Part shown: one piece after another, positions 50,271 to 60,062 of the stretch | How the letters are laid out: each line of letters starts with the position of its first letter | How positions within the stretch are numbered: position 1 is the first letter of the stretch | DNA from: a virus | Strand: one strand, 5' to 3' | IMG/VR virus record: IMGVR_UViG_3300042397_002774 | Span: 64,001 to 128,000 of that record | Length of the DNA: 64,000 nt | Translations under genes and position numbers: made by a program | The notes under the pieces: model-generated | What the model saw: the letters and a program-made list of their open reading frames with translations, nothing else | What the model was told of the DNA's origin: nothing | The model's database searches: none

Positions 50271-50379
50271 TTTGTCCTTAAATTTTTTTCGGAAATAAGC
50301 TTATTAGAGGGGAAGCTTAATAGGGATTTGTATAATACCTGAACTACAATAAAAAATGGGTAGTCCATTTTAGGCTACC

Positions 50380-50387
50380 CATAAATA
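50380..50387 (-). promoter_or_regulatory. Putative late promoter of scaffold-capsid operon, followed by leader hairpin
   Basis: ATATTTAT followed by GGGTAGCC..GGACTACCC hairpin (50358-50380). Confidence 0.55.
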
Positions 50388-50416
50388 TATGTAGATACGA
50401 AAAACCGTGAAAAGTT

Positions 50417-51928
50417 TTAAGCAGCTACTATTTTTTGTGCTAGTTGTATAACTTCTGCTGTTTTAAATGCTGCTGCTCCTCCTTCTAATCCTTTTATAAC
50501 TAAATTAACGGCATTAGCAGCTTCAAATCCTGAGGCTACAGCAGCTGCGGTTAATATAGCGGCATAAACTCCATGAGCGGCATCATATAACGGTGATGTT
50601 TGATCAAATGGGTCTTGATTACCAAATTTTTTAGGATATGCTTTCTTTAACACATAAGAAATTGCTTCAATATATTTGTGTTCTAAGTCATGCCCCTTTT
50701 TTTGCAACCATTGTCCTACTTGTGTTTGTCCTACAGCTCCATAAGAAAAATAATTAGCAGCTCCATCAACAGCTTTACCAAGTAAATTTATTAAACCTGG
50801 AGCACCTGCAGTTAGCGCAAATAATGTAAGTGGTCCTAGTTCATTTATTTGTCCATCTTTAGGAGATGGTTTTATTGTTGATGCTGCAGATTTAAGATCT
50901 CCTAGTATATCTAGTAATCCTTTTTCAACTCCTTGCCCAACATTAGCTTCTACTTCAGTAATAATACCAGCTAATTGCTGCATTCTTATAATTTCATTGA
51001 TATTAGATTTCATTTCTTGAATTTTAATTTTTGTATTAGAAATACTATTTACTTTTTCTTCTATAGATTTTATAGTTTTATATAGATCTTTTAAAAATTC
51101 TTTATAACCTTCGGGGTTATGTTGTTTTATTTTAGATAAATATTCTAAATATTCTGATAGAGCATAATCTGAGTCGGAAGGTGTTCTTATTATTTGGCTT
51201 ACAAAGTTAAATATTTTTTGGAAAAATTTTCTACTACCTGTTCCATCTATAAATTCTTTTGTTTCAGTACTAATAATTTTAGTTTTACCTGCAAAATATT
51301 GTAATATGTTTAACAGTGCTTTTTCAATCCTTTTAATATCTCCGGGATTATTTGTAGTATTTAATACTCTATCAGTTCCTGTTATTAAGGATTCAAAAAA
51401 TTGACCAGTAAATGTTTGAAATTCAGCCCATGATTTGTAATAAATAGCTTCATCATTAGGATCATAAGCTTGTTTTAAATAATGGTGGTTTAAGGCAGGA
51501 TCTTTAGCATGTATTAACTCATGTTTAAGAGTCTGTCTTAACCTTTCAATACCTGTATTTTCATTTCCAGTAACAGTTTTATAAAGTCTTTGATCAAAGT
51601 CTTGAAAACTATTAGGTCCCGGAAAAAATTGTTTAAAATAGGTTTGATTTATAAAAATCCAATTATCTGTTCTATTATTTTTATCATACGTAGAAAATTG
51701 ACCTTTAGCATTTTTGTCAATAGCACCAACACCAATTTCTACTTCTCCTTTTTCACCATCAGAATAGATGTATGATATTTTACCAGCAGACCAAACCTGC
51801 CCACTACTAGGAATATTTTTGGTTTTAATAATCTCAATTATTTCTGGGATTATTGTTTCTAGTTGTTGTCTTTCTTCAGGGGTAAGAGTTAAAGTTCCTT
51901 CTTCAATTATGTTTAGTAACTTTATCAT
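50417..51928 (-). CDS. Putative internal head protein with HExxH motif, 503 aa
   Basis: MIKLLNIIEE N-terminus; LKHELIHAKD; internal INEIIRMQQLAGIITE. Confidence 0.6.
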   Translation of the reverse strand: MIKLLNIIEEGTLTLTPEERQQLETIIPEIIEIIKTKNIPSSGQVWSAGKISYIYSDGEKGEVEIGVGAIDKNAKGQFSTYDKNNRTDNWIFINQTYFKQFFPGPNSFQDFDQRLYKTVTGNENTGIERLRQTLKHELIHAKDPALNHHYLKQAYDPNDEAIYYKSWAEFQTFTGQFFESLITGTDRVLNTTNNPGDIKRIEKALLNILQYFAGKTKIISTETKEFIDGTGSRKFFQKIFNFVSQIIRTPSDSDYALSEYLEYLSKIKQHNPEGYKEFLKDLYKTIKSIEEKVNSISNTKIKIQEMKSNINEIIRMQQLAGIITEVEANVGQGVEKGLLDILGDLKSAASTIKPSPKDGQINELGPLTLFALTAGAPGLINLLGKAVDGAANYFSYGAVGQTQVGQWLQKKGHDLEHKYIEAISYVLKKAYPKKFGNQDPFDQTSPLYDAAHGVYAAILTAAAVASGFEAANAVNLVIKGLEGGAAAFKTAEVIQLAQKIVAA

Positions 51929-51932
51929 AATA

Positions 51933-52541
51933 TTAGCATAAAGGACAAACTCCTGTTGCGTTACAAATAATTTCTGTAATTAATCCGTTTACTTTGCTAT
52001 AGTCTTTACTAGATTGTACTTTTTTACCTTCAGATAATGACATATAAGCACCCGGAGTTGATGGTACTGATACTAGATCCCAACATAATAATTCAAAATC
52101 GTCTTGTACCTCTACTGTTTCACCCAATTGCTTAACACTACCCATACCACGAGATGAAATACCTAATGGAATGCCGGCTAGTACAATTTCTTGTGCAATT
52201 TTACCTGATGGTGTGTTTAATAATTCTAATTCACCCATTACATCATTACCTTCCCACCAAACCTTAGTGATTATATGAGAAACGTTATTTAAGTTAATAA
52301 TTGATGATTCTGGGTGGTCTAATTCACCTGTTGCTGTTCTAGTAGCTACAGGTCCTTTAGTATACATTTCTACTTGTTTTCTAAGAATATTCATAGGATA
52401 AACACGACCATTACCGTTTTTAACTTCGGCTTCTTGTAATTTACCTTTGATACGCATTCTAGTACCAGTTCCTTCTTTACCTTCAGATAAAGTAAGTTTA
52501 GCTACGTGGAATGGTGTATGATCTACTAATAGTTGTTTCAT
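51933..52541 (-). CDS. Prohead protease (T4 gp21-like)
   Basis: NGNGRVYP, GELDHP, LNTPSG, GISSRGMGS, DLVSVPSTPGA. Confidence 0.93.
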   Translation of the reverse strand: MKQLLVDHTPFHVAKLTLSEGKEGTGTRMRIKGKLQEAEVKNGNGRVYPMNILRKQVEMYTKGPVATRTATGELDHPESSIINLNNVSHIITKVWWEGNDVMGELELLNTPSGKIAQEIVLAGIPLGISSRGMGSVKQLGETVEVQDDFELLCWDLVSVPSTPGAYMSLSEGKKVQSSKDYSKVNGLITEIICNATGVCPLC

Positions 52542-52543
52542 GT

Positions 52544-53644
52544 TTATTTACTATTTTCTTCTGCTAGTACTTCACGTACAATATTTTCTAATGTTGCTTT
52601 AAATTTATCAAAAGCAGCACCTACATCTACTTTACCAATTGGTCTTAATGGGGTTAAAATATATGCGGTTGTTGGTAATCTGTCATCATGTTCTTCTACA
52701 TCCTCTTCAACATTAAATTGTAATTTGAATTTTTCTAAAAGAGTTGATGGTAATTTTTCCCAATAACCATATCTTAATACGGCTCTATCACTATGTCTAC
52801 CAATATTTTGTAAAATAAATTTATTTGAGTATGGATTTAGAGTATTATTCATCTCAATAAATTTTGCTGCTTGTTTAACAGTGTCATTTGGTTCTTCACC
52901 AGGAAACATATTTAATTTAGTTTCTTGAAGATTTTTTACAAATTCTTTACCTACATAATAGCTATCACCTTTTACTCTAATATAACCACCTTGAATAATT
53001 GGATTTTTTTCAATTCTTGCAGTTCCATATTCTTTTTCACGTGGAGTTCTTGAACCAGCACCACTTTGTCTATATCTAGAATTAGGAATAATCACATAAT
53101 CAATTTCAAAATATTCAGGAGTGTTGTCAATTACTTTAAATTCAATTGAAGATCCAGTATCACCCATATTTTGTCCAGTACCACCATATACTTTGTTAGC
53201 CCAGTCTAAATTTTCTTTAACAACCTTCATACCATTTTCTTTATCAACTAATTCACCTTTCTTTGGTGCTTTAGGAGATTTAGATTTAGCTTTTGCTTTT
53301 GGTCTTTCTTGATGAGAATCAATACCAGATAATTTTAATTGGCTATAATATGATGGATTTTCTTTTAAATGATCCATAGCAATTTTTTCTGCTTTTTTAG
53401 GATCATCTGTATGTTCCATTTCAACTTTAATACCCATTGCTAATTCAACAGGATTACATTGATATTCTTCTTTAGCTTCAGATAAAAGACCTTTGTTTTT
53501 TAAAATTTTAACTGAATCAGTAAATGATGTTACATTAGTAATGTATTGGGGAAATGTCATACGAACAGCTCTCATAAAGTTAGCCTGAGATAAATTTCCT
53601 TCTACTAATTGGTTGTATTGATTTTGTATACTTTTCATATTCAT
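52544..53644 (-). CDS. Putative head protein with DUF5661-like domain
   Basis: ELAMGIKVEMEHTDD...IAMDHLKENPSYYSQL. Confidence 0.65.
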   Translation of the reverse strand: MNMKSIQNQYNQLVEGNLSQANFMRAVRMTFPQYITNVTSFTDSVKILKNKGLLSEAKEEYQCNPVELAMGIKVEMEHTDDPKKAEKIAMDHLKENPSYYSQLKLSGIDSHQERPKAKAKSKSPKAPKKGELVDKENGMKVVKENLDWANKVYGGTGQNMGDTGSSIEFKVIDNTPEYFEIDYVIIPNSRYRQSGAGSRTPREKEYGTARIEKNPIIQGGYIRVKGDSYYVGKEFVKNLQETKLNMFPGEEPNDTVKQAAKFIEMNNTLNPYSNKFILQNIGRHSDRAVLRYGYWEKLPSTLLEKFKLQFNVEEDVEEHDDRLPTTAYILTPLRPIGKVDVGAAFDKFKATLENIVREVLAEENSK

Positions 53645-53651
53645 TTATATT

Positions 53652-53780
53652 TTATCGGCCTTGTCCTCTATATTTTTTAGGTTTTTGTTCTGTTGGGCCA
53701 TAAGATTTTTTTGCTTTTCCGCTTATCTTTTTACCAAATGAAACCTTTTGAGAAGAAGATGATGATTTTGTTTTTGCCAT
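53652..53780 (-). CDS. Small basic protein, 42 aa, ending KKYRGQGR (below ORF-track cutoff)
   Basis: Translated by hand: MAKTKSSSSSQKVSFGKKISGKAKKSYGPTEQKPKKYRGQGR; TAATG coupling with the upstream stop. Confidence 0.75.
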   Translation of the reverse strand: MAKTKSSSSSQKVSFGKKISGKAKKSYGPTEQKPKKYRGQGR

Positions 53781-54940
53781 TATTGGTTCAAGTTTTTAAT
53801 TTTATTATTAAGTTGATTAACCATTTCTGAAATATTAGCAACATTCTTTTGGGTTGCTTTCCAATATCTAATTCCATCTTCTCCTTCACTTAATTCTTGT
53901 TTCATACGAGATGTATATTCAACAATACGATCAATTTCTTGTAATTTACGCTTTACTTCACGAATTGCTTTATGCAATTGTTCAGATTTAGTTCTATATG
54001 TTACTTCTTTTTTGAATTTACCATAGGACACTTCATTAAGTACTCCTTGTTCAATAATATCGTTTAATTTCATTTCGTATATTTTTTTATAATCAAACAT
54101 TTTTGAGTTTTTTGGTAGTGTTAAATCTGCTACTGTCCAACCCATTTTCTTTAAAAATTTTACTGCTCTGTTCTCACCTTTCTTTCCAAAGGCTTTTGGT
54201 GTAGCATAATTTTCACCTGATCCTGCACTGAAAGAAGCACCACTACCAGTTACATTTTCCTCGTTCATCATTATTTCACGAGCATATGCTTTGATAGCAG
54301 ATTTTAATGCTGCTCTTTTTTCTTCATCTAATCCTTCTCTTCTTATTAAATTAAATCTTTGTGTAAAAAGTTTAGAATCATAAAGAAATTTTTCAATACT
54401 TGATTTCATTACTTCATACAACATTTCAACTCCTTTAATAATAGGTTGTATCCATCCTACAAAAGCATTAAAACTAGCTAATTTAGTAATTAAAGTTTGT
54501 AATCCATTTTCAGATAAATAAGAAACTATAAAATTTTTAATAGCATCCGGAGCTAATCCTGACATTTTGTCTATTACATGTTTGGCAATGGCACCAATTC
54601 CAACAGATGCTAGAAATTTTTGCCATCCAGTAAGATCAGTAATTTTAGTTACTACATTATTGATAGAGGCAACTAAATTGTTTAATCCTAATTTATTTAA
54701 AAAATCTATTAAACGTTTTAAAGTATTTCGTTTGAAATTATACCAAACATCATCTGAAAAACGTTGTAGTATTGTTGGGTTTGACATTACCTGCCCTATG
54801 ACAGCAGCTGCATCTTTCCAATCATTAATTTTATTAATTACATCATCATACTTTTCTCGAGCATATGCTTTCACACTATCCAAGAATGCTTCTTGTAATA
54901 GTTGTTCTTGCAAAAGTTTATTTTCTATGCTCAATTCCAT
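53780..54940 (-). CDS. Hypothetical, putative internal head protein, 386 aa
   Basis: Multiple L/I-x-E sites; GENYATPKAF motif; located in the head module. Confidence 0.6.
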   Translation of the reverse strand: MELSIENKLLQEQLLQEAFLDSVKAYAREKYDDVINKINDWKDAAAVIGQVMSNPTILQRFSDDVWYNFKRNTLKRLIDFLNKLGLNNLVASINNVVTKITDLTGWQKFLASVGIGAIAKHVIDKMSGLAPDAIKNFIVSYLSENGLQTLITKLASFNAFVGWIQPIIKGVEMLYEVMKSSIEKFLYDSKLFTQRFNLIRREGLDEEKRAALKSAIKAYAREIMMNEENVTGSGASFSAGSGENYATPKAFGKKGENRAVKFLKKMGWTVADLTLPKNSKMFDYKKIYEMKLNDIIEQGVLNEVSYGKFKKEVTYRTKSEQLHKAIREVKRKLQEIDRIVEYTSRMKQELSEGEDGIRYWKATQKNVANISEMVNQLNNKIKNLNQ

Positions 54941-55617
54941 TATTTATAGCCTAACTTAGTTAATACTTGTTCAACTTGGCTTCTAACAGCAGATTTACTA
55001 ATTTTACCTGGCTCAAACCCTAAAGATTGAAACCAAACTTCAAAAGCTCCTGGAAATTCCTGAATGCTGTTGATGTTTTTAGATTTATTAGCTACAGTAG
55101 TTGCTGATGCTTGAGCTCTACCTAAAGCAGCAACATCACTAGGTGTATTGGTTGCTGGGGCTTCATTTAAATTTTTCTCTAATTCATCAACTAGTTGATA
55201 TACTATTGATTGTTGAGCTACAAGATATCCTGCGTTAGCTTCAACTTCTTTACCATATCCTCTATAAACACTTCCTTCTTGTCTAGCTATAATACATTTT
55301 AACCCATCAGGTTTTATGCTTATAGTACTTTGTGTAAAATTATCATCCTTTGTATTTACTCCTTTTGATAATCCACTATTTCTGTTACCAGCAAATTCTT
55401 TAGCTAATTTATGTAATTCTTTTGCTTCTTCAACTGATATAGTTAATTGATTGTCTTTAAAACCCCCACCTAATACACTTAAAGTAATTTGTGTGTTTCC
55501 TTCTTTACTGGTGTCTTTTTGTATATCTAAAGTATCTACAGCTTCTTCTAACTGCGATTCATTAAGTAATCCAGCTAATTGCTGCATTCTTTTAATTTCG
55601 TTAAGTTGATTTTTCAT
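54940..55617 (-). CDS. Hypothetical, putative internal head protein, 225 aa
   Basis: N-terminal LNEIKRMQQLAGLLNE. Confidence 0.6.
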   Translation of the reverse strand: MKNQLNEIKRMQQLAGLLNESQLEEAVDTLDIQKDTSKEGNTQITLSVLGGGFKDNQLTISVEEAKELHKLAKEFAGNRNSGLSKGVNTKDDNFTQSTISIKPDGLKCIIARQEGSVYRGYGKEVEANAGYLVAQQSIVYQLVDELEKNLNEAPATNTPSDVAALGRAQASATTVANKSKNINSIQEFPGAFEVWFQSLGFEPGKISKSAVRSQVEQVLTKLGYK

Positions 55618-55618
55618 A

Positions 55619-56473
55619 TTATTTAACAGATTTTAATTCGGCTACTAATTGATGATAAGTCAATAATGTAATTATATCATCATCTTTTACACTTTGGTTT
55701 TTATCTAGAGGTTTAATTAAATTAACTACTTCATTAATTTTAATTTTAATAGTATTATCTTCAACTTTTTCAACTAATTTAATTAATTGTTTTTTAATAC
55801 CATCTATATTGTTGTTAACAAAATCTTTTAATTTTGTAGTACTAGATACGTTATTAATAAATTCTTTCAATACTAATTTTTGATCTGCTGTTAAATCACC
55901 GTACTTCTCATTGAATTTTTCAATAAGCATTTTATAAGCTAAAATACGAGTGCTCTTATCCATTGCACTATATTCTTCCATTACACGATCTTTAACTTCT
56001 TCTTTATTTACTTCTTTACGAGTAATATGTTCAAGTAAAGTTACTTTATTATCAATAACATTAGATGGATCTACAAATTCTAATGTAGAATAAGCTTCCA
56101 TTAATGTATAAACAGCAGCATGTTGTTTGTAATTGTTTACTTTAGCTTTAAAGAATTCTTCTAAATTATAATGTTGCTTAATTTCTTTAATTAAGTTATA
56201 TTTTTCTTTACGAAGAGCAGTGCGATTTAGACGTGAATGGATTTCTAAAGTAGTATTGATTAATGATTCAGCTTTACCTTCAGAAATGGTTTTATTAGCT
56301 GTTAAGGTTTGATATAATTTATATTCCTTAGCTAATTCAGATTTGCTAAAATACTTTTTAATTAAAGGCAAAGATGCAGAATCTTTACCAGAAATAGTAT
56401 CGGATGTTACTTGTCTCAATAAGAGTTCAAATAAAATTCCAGTATTTTTGTATTTGTTATGTTTTATTTTCAT
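55619..56473 (-). CDS. Conserved head-module protein, 284 aa
   Basis: MKIKHNKYKNTGILFELL; helical; directly follows portal. Confidence 0.65.
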   Translation of the reverse strand: MKIKHNKYKNTGILFELLLRQVTSDTISGKDSASLPLIKKYFSKSELAKEYKLYQTLTANKTISEGKAESLINTTLEIHSRLNRTALRKEKYNLIKEIKQHYNLEEFFKAKVNNYKQHAAVYTLMEAYSTLEFVDPSNVIDNKVTLLEHITRKEVNKEEVKDRVMEEYSAMDKSTRILAYKMLIEKFNEKYGDLTADQKLVLKEFINNVSSTTKLKDFVNNNIDGIKKQLIKLVEKVEDNTIKIKINEVVNLIKPLDKNQSVKDDDIITLLTYHQLVAELKSVK

Positions 56474-56494
56474 AAAAAGTATATAATCATTGCG

Positions 56495-56502
56495 TATAAA
56501 TA
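56495..56502 (-). promoter_or_regulatory. Putative late promoter motif
   Basis: ATATTTATA upstream of 56473. Confidence 0.6.
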
Positions 56503-56504
56503 TG

Positions 56505-58367
56505 TTATTTTTCTATACCCTTGATGTTATCTTCATTTAATAAATTAGATTCTACAGGTTTTGTACTTTCGTATAATGTTACTTTTTTCAATTCAGCAGC
56601 TTCTTTTGCTCTTTTTAATTCAGCCAATGCTAATGGTGAACCACCCTTATATGCTGTTTGCATTGGGTTTTTATCTTGGGTAGCAGTCATGTTGTATTCC
56701 TTACTACCAATTGGATCTTTACCAAATGAGCTTTTCTGAGTGCCAAATATAGATGCTTTTTGTGTTGGTCTACCAACTGGATCTTTTTCATCATATCCTA
56801 CTGGTACTGCTCCGTTACCGCTTCTACCTTTACCATATAGTGAAGCTAAATCATGTGGTGTACCAAATGATCTACCTGTTTTAGCTGGATCATTGCCTTC
56901 ATTTTCAACTTGTTGAAGTCTAAATGCACGTTTTTTATCCTCTAATACTAAATCACGATATTCATCTACTTGATCATCACTGAATTGGAATATTCTATCG
57001 TATATAAAATCTGATGGGATAATACCTGTATCAATAGCATCTTTAGCTAATGATACTTTTTCTTTCCACAATGCGATTTGTTCTTGTTGATATATAATAG
57101 ATGGTGGTGTTAAAGATAATTCAAAGCTTGTTAATGAATCACCATCAAATCCTTGTGTATATAAATGTACTAATGCAATTTTGTATAACTCAGATACAAG
57201 TACCTTTTGTATACGTTCAATTGTACGAGCAAATCTAATATCTTCAGCAGCTAATGTTGCTTTACCAGTTAAGTCTTTTTCAAATCCAAAGAATGCTTTA
57301 GGTACCTTAAGGGCAGCTAACATTTCATCACGTAAGAAGTTTACATCCTCAATACCATTATATTCTAAACCTTTTAAGGTATCAATTTTGGTATTTTGGT
57401 TTGCACCTCTAACAGGAATAATAAAATCTTCAAGTGAGTTTTGGATATTAAAACGTAAGTTGTATTCACCTGTTTGAGCATCCATGAATGGAGTCTTCTT
57501 CATTTTATTGGTGATACGCTCCATGTAGTTATCAACTTCATGTGCTGGTATTCCACCAACGTCTACGTAGAAGATACGTTTTTCTGGAGATCTCATAATA
57601 CGATGAATTAACATCGCATCTTTCATTAATGTATATTGCTTATAAACCTTACGAGCTGGTTCAATAAATGAACGTCCATAAGGTAAATAGTTAGCATCAG
57701 CATATAATCTAAAATGTGCTACTTCATAATTCTCAAAACGCTTTTTCATGTTACTCTTATCCATATGGATAGTACTTGCTAATGCGTTTGGATCGTATTC
57801 GTAATAAACCTCAAATGGGTTTTCAGGATTTAAACCTTCTCTTCTAGCTAATTCATATGAAGATAAAGGCATAACATTATATACACCTACCTCACTATTA
57901 ATTTCTAGGAATAAATAAAAATCTCCGTACTTACACATCTGACGTGTCCAAGGCCAAAGATTAAATTCTATGTTTAAGATATCGTAAAATAAATTGTAAA
58001 GTACTCTTTGTACTTTTTCATCTGAAGAACGAATTTGTAATACTTCTCCAGCTTCATTCTTTAATGTAGTTTCATCAGCAACAATGTCAAGAGCAGAAGC
58101 AATAATTGATTCTGAATCCATTGCTTCGTAATCATTATATAATTGTGTTCTTAATGTCTGATAGTTAATAGCAGGATTGAACATAGCAGACATGCTAGTT
58201 CTGTGTAGACGTGTAAAACGGTCTACCAAGCTATTTGTTTGTGCACTTCCATAAGCTTGAGTGCGGTCGGTATCAACCACTTTTAATTGGCTTCCACCAA
58301 CGTTTCTTACGATAACGTCAGTTGAAAACAATCTTCTCAGCCTTGAAAATAAATCTGTATTAGCCAT
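56505..58367 (-). CDS. Portal protein (T4 gp20-like)
   Basis: DAMLIHRIMRSPEKRIFYVDVG, EDFIIPVRG, IDTLKG, ALKVPK, EDIRFAR. Confidence 0.93.
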   Translation of the reverse strand: MANTDLFSRLRRLFSTDVIVRNVGGSQLKVVDTDRTQAYGSAQTNSLVDRFTRLHRTSMSAMFNPAINYQTLRTQLYNDYEAMDSESIIASALDIVADETTLKNEAGEVLQIRSSDEKVQRVLYNLFYDILNIEFNLWPWTRQMCKYGDFYLFLEINSEVGVYNVMPLSSYELARREGLNPENPFEVYYEYDPNALASTIHMDKSNMKKRFENYEVAHFRLYADANYLPYGRSFIEPARKVYKQYTLMKDAMLIHRIMRSPEKRIFYVDVGGIPAHEVDNYMERITNKMKKTPFMDAQTGEYNLRFNIQNSLEDFIIPVRGANQNTKIDTLKGLEYNGIEDVNFLRDEMLAALKVPKAFFGFEKDLTGKATLAAEDIRFARTIERIQKVLVSELYKIALVHLYTQGFDGDSLTSFELSLTPPSIIYQQEQIALWKEKVSLAKDAIDTGIIPSDFIYDRIFQFSDDQVDEYRDLVLEDKKRAFRLQQVENEGNDPAKTGRSFGTPHDLASLYGKGRSGNGAVPVGYDEKDPVGRPTQKASIFGTQKSSFGKDPIGSKEYNMTATQDKNPMQTAYKGGSPLALAELKRAKEAAELKKVTLYESTKPVESNLLNEDNIKGIEK

Positions 58368-58390
58368 TTTTTTATTTTAGTATGTATAAC

Positions 58391-58398
58391 AATAAATA
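58391..58398 (-). promoter_or_regulatory. Putative late promoter motif
   Basis: ATATTTATT upstream of portal. Confidence 0.55.
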
Positions 58399-58400
58399 TT

Positions 58401-59978
58401 CTAACCCAATAACCATCGTATATCTTCTGCATTTCCGTGGGCATCATCTATTTTGTATGGATTACCTCCAGGTATCCATTGCCCACCTCCATACTGCTGA
58501 TCTCCAGTTTTCCTAAAGTTTAATAAACTTGCAGTTGCTAGATCACGACCTATTTGCGCAAATCTGGATGCTGTATCTCTAATAAAGAGACCCATTGATA
58601 ATGACAATACTAAGTCATCATTATATCCGTTTTGTGCTTGCCCCTTACCATGCATCCAAATAAACACTCTTAATTCCTCAAGTAAGCGCTTTGAATGAAA
58701 GGTAAATGACTTATCTCGAAGGTACGACTCCATCTTTGAGATAACAAGTGGTCTTGTCTTTGCTGATGTAGTAAATCCAGGAACTGTTTGCCCTGAGTCT
58801 AATTTTGATAGATATTTGTCAGCACTTAATTCACCATATGAGCGAGGTGAATAGTATAAATTTGCGTACTCGCGGTCTATAATAGTATTTACGACATCCC
58901 AACCGATATTAGCATTTTCCACTACTAAAAGCGCATTATTATATTCAGTAGCCACCGATACTAACATATTTCCGTACTCACGTGTGCCTATTTGGGATTT
59001 AAACTCAGCTACTTGCTGACATGCTTCTAAATCAATGACTTGGAATGCAGAATAGTCACTTCCATCTCCACGGGCAACGTCGGCTGATACAATGTAGTTT
59101 TTATTATAATCAGGATATTGCCAAATCCAAAAATCACCTCCCATGAAACGACGTTCAACAGGATCCATTATAAATCCTTCATAATATTCTAATGTTTCTG
59201 GGTCAATTACTGTTGCACCTGAGCCTAAGAAGTCACAATCATATTCCTGCGCAAAATCTCTTGCAGTCATATTTTCTTTTTCATTCTTAACCCAAGCACT
59301 ATCTCTATCAGGGTGAACATCCCATTTTAATTGGATAGGAACAAAACTATTTTTACTTAATTCTGCTTCAACCCAGGTTTTGTGGAACCAATTACCTACA
59401 CCATTTGGTGAAGATAATGCTACGCAACCACCACCTGTTGAGATTGTAGGTTTAATTGCGGTATATATTTTATCAATACCCTCAATAAACGCAGCCTCAT
59501 CCATAATCAACCAAGATACTGCAAACGAACGACCAGCATCACTAGAAGCAGAGGTCGCTTTAATAAACGAACCATTTGATAGTTTTAATGATGTTTGGTT
59601 TGATGCTACTGGTTTAGAGCCTTTTAACCATGAAGGTAAGTTATTGTACATGAATTGAACCTTTTCAACCATGTTTTGTGCTGTTAGTTGCTTAGTTGCA
59701 ATACATAATATTGCTTTATCTTTATGGAATAACATTAACCATAAAGCATAACCGGCACATAAAGTAGAGATACCTAACTGACGAGATTTATTAATAATAT
59801 TGTAGTCGTTTGCTCTAAAGGATTTTAATACATCTTCCTGAAAAGGATATAGATGAAATAAAATTCTACCTTTAATTGGATGGGTAATGAAACAATATTT
59901 TCTAAAGAAATGGACAGGATCAGAAGCACATTTGATGTATTCCTGTTTAATTATGTCCTTTATATTTTGATCGCTCAT
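58401..59978 (-). CDS. terL: Terminase large subunit (T4 gp17-like)
   Basis: LYPFQ, KSRQLGIST, DEAAFI, SSPNG, QEYDCDF, DVARGDGSDYS, DDLVLS. Confidence 0.95.
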   Translation of the reverse strand: MSDQNIKDIIKQEYIKCASDPVHFFRKYCFITHPIKGRILFHLYPFQEDVLKSFRANDYNIINKSRQLGISTLCAGYALWLMLFHKDKAILCIATKQLTAQNMVEKVQFMYNNLPSWLKGSKPVASNQTSLKLSNGSFIKATSASSDAGRSFAVSWLIMDEAAFIEGIDKIYTAIKPTISTGGGCVALSSPNGVGNWFHKTWVEAELSKNSFVPIQLKWDVHPDRDSAWVKNEKENMTARDFAQEYDCDFLGSGATVIDPETLEYYEGFIMDPVERRFMGGDFWIWQYPDYNKNYIVSADVARGDGSDYSAFQVIDLEACQQVAEFKSQIGTREYGNMLVSVATEYNNALLVVENANIGWDVVNTIIDREYANLYYSPRSYGELSADKYLSKLDSGQTVPGFTTSAKTRPLVISKMESYLRDKSFTFHSKRLLEELRVFIWMHGKGQAQNGYNDDLVLSLSMGLFIRDTASRFAQIGRDLATASLLNFRKTGDQQYGGGQWIPGGNPYKIDDAHGNAEDIRWLLG

Positions 59979-59993
59979 ATACTAATTGTTGTA

Positions 59994-60001
59994 TATAAAT
60001 A
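59994..60001 (-). promoter_or_regulatory. Putative late promoter motif
   Basis: ATATTTATA upstream of terminase. Confidence 0.6.
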
Positions 60002-60004
60002 TAT

Positions 60005-60031
60005 AAAAGAAACCCCAACTTATGTTGGGGT
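60005..60031 (-). terminator. Intrinsic terminator
   Basis: ACCCCAAC/GTTGGGGT stem plus TTCTTTT. Confidence 0.8.
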
Positions 60032-60062
60032 CAGTCCTACAATACTATTATAGGAGGGGCAC

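Noticed and set aside
47519-59978. Introns, inteins or homing endonucleases in terminase, portal or capsid
   Set aside because: Lengths are ordinary and no splice-junction or endonuclease motifs are visible.
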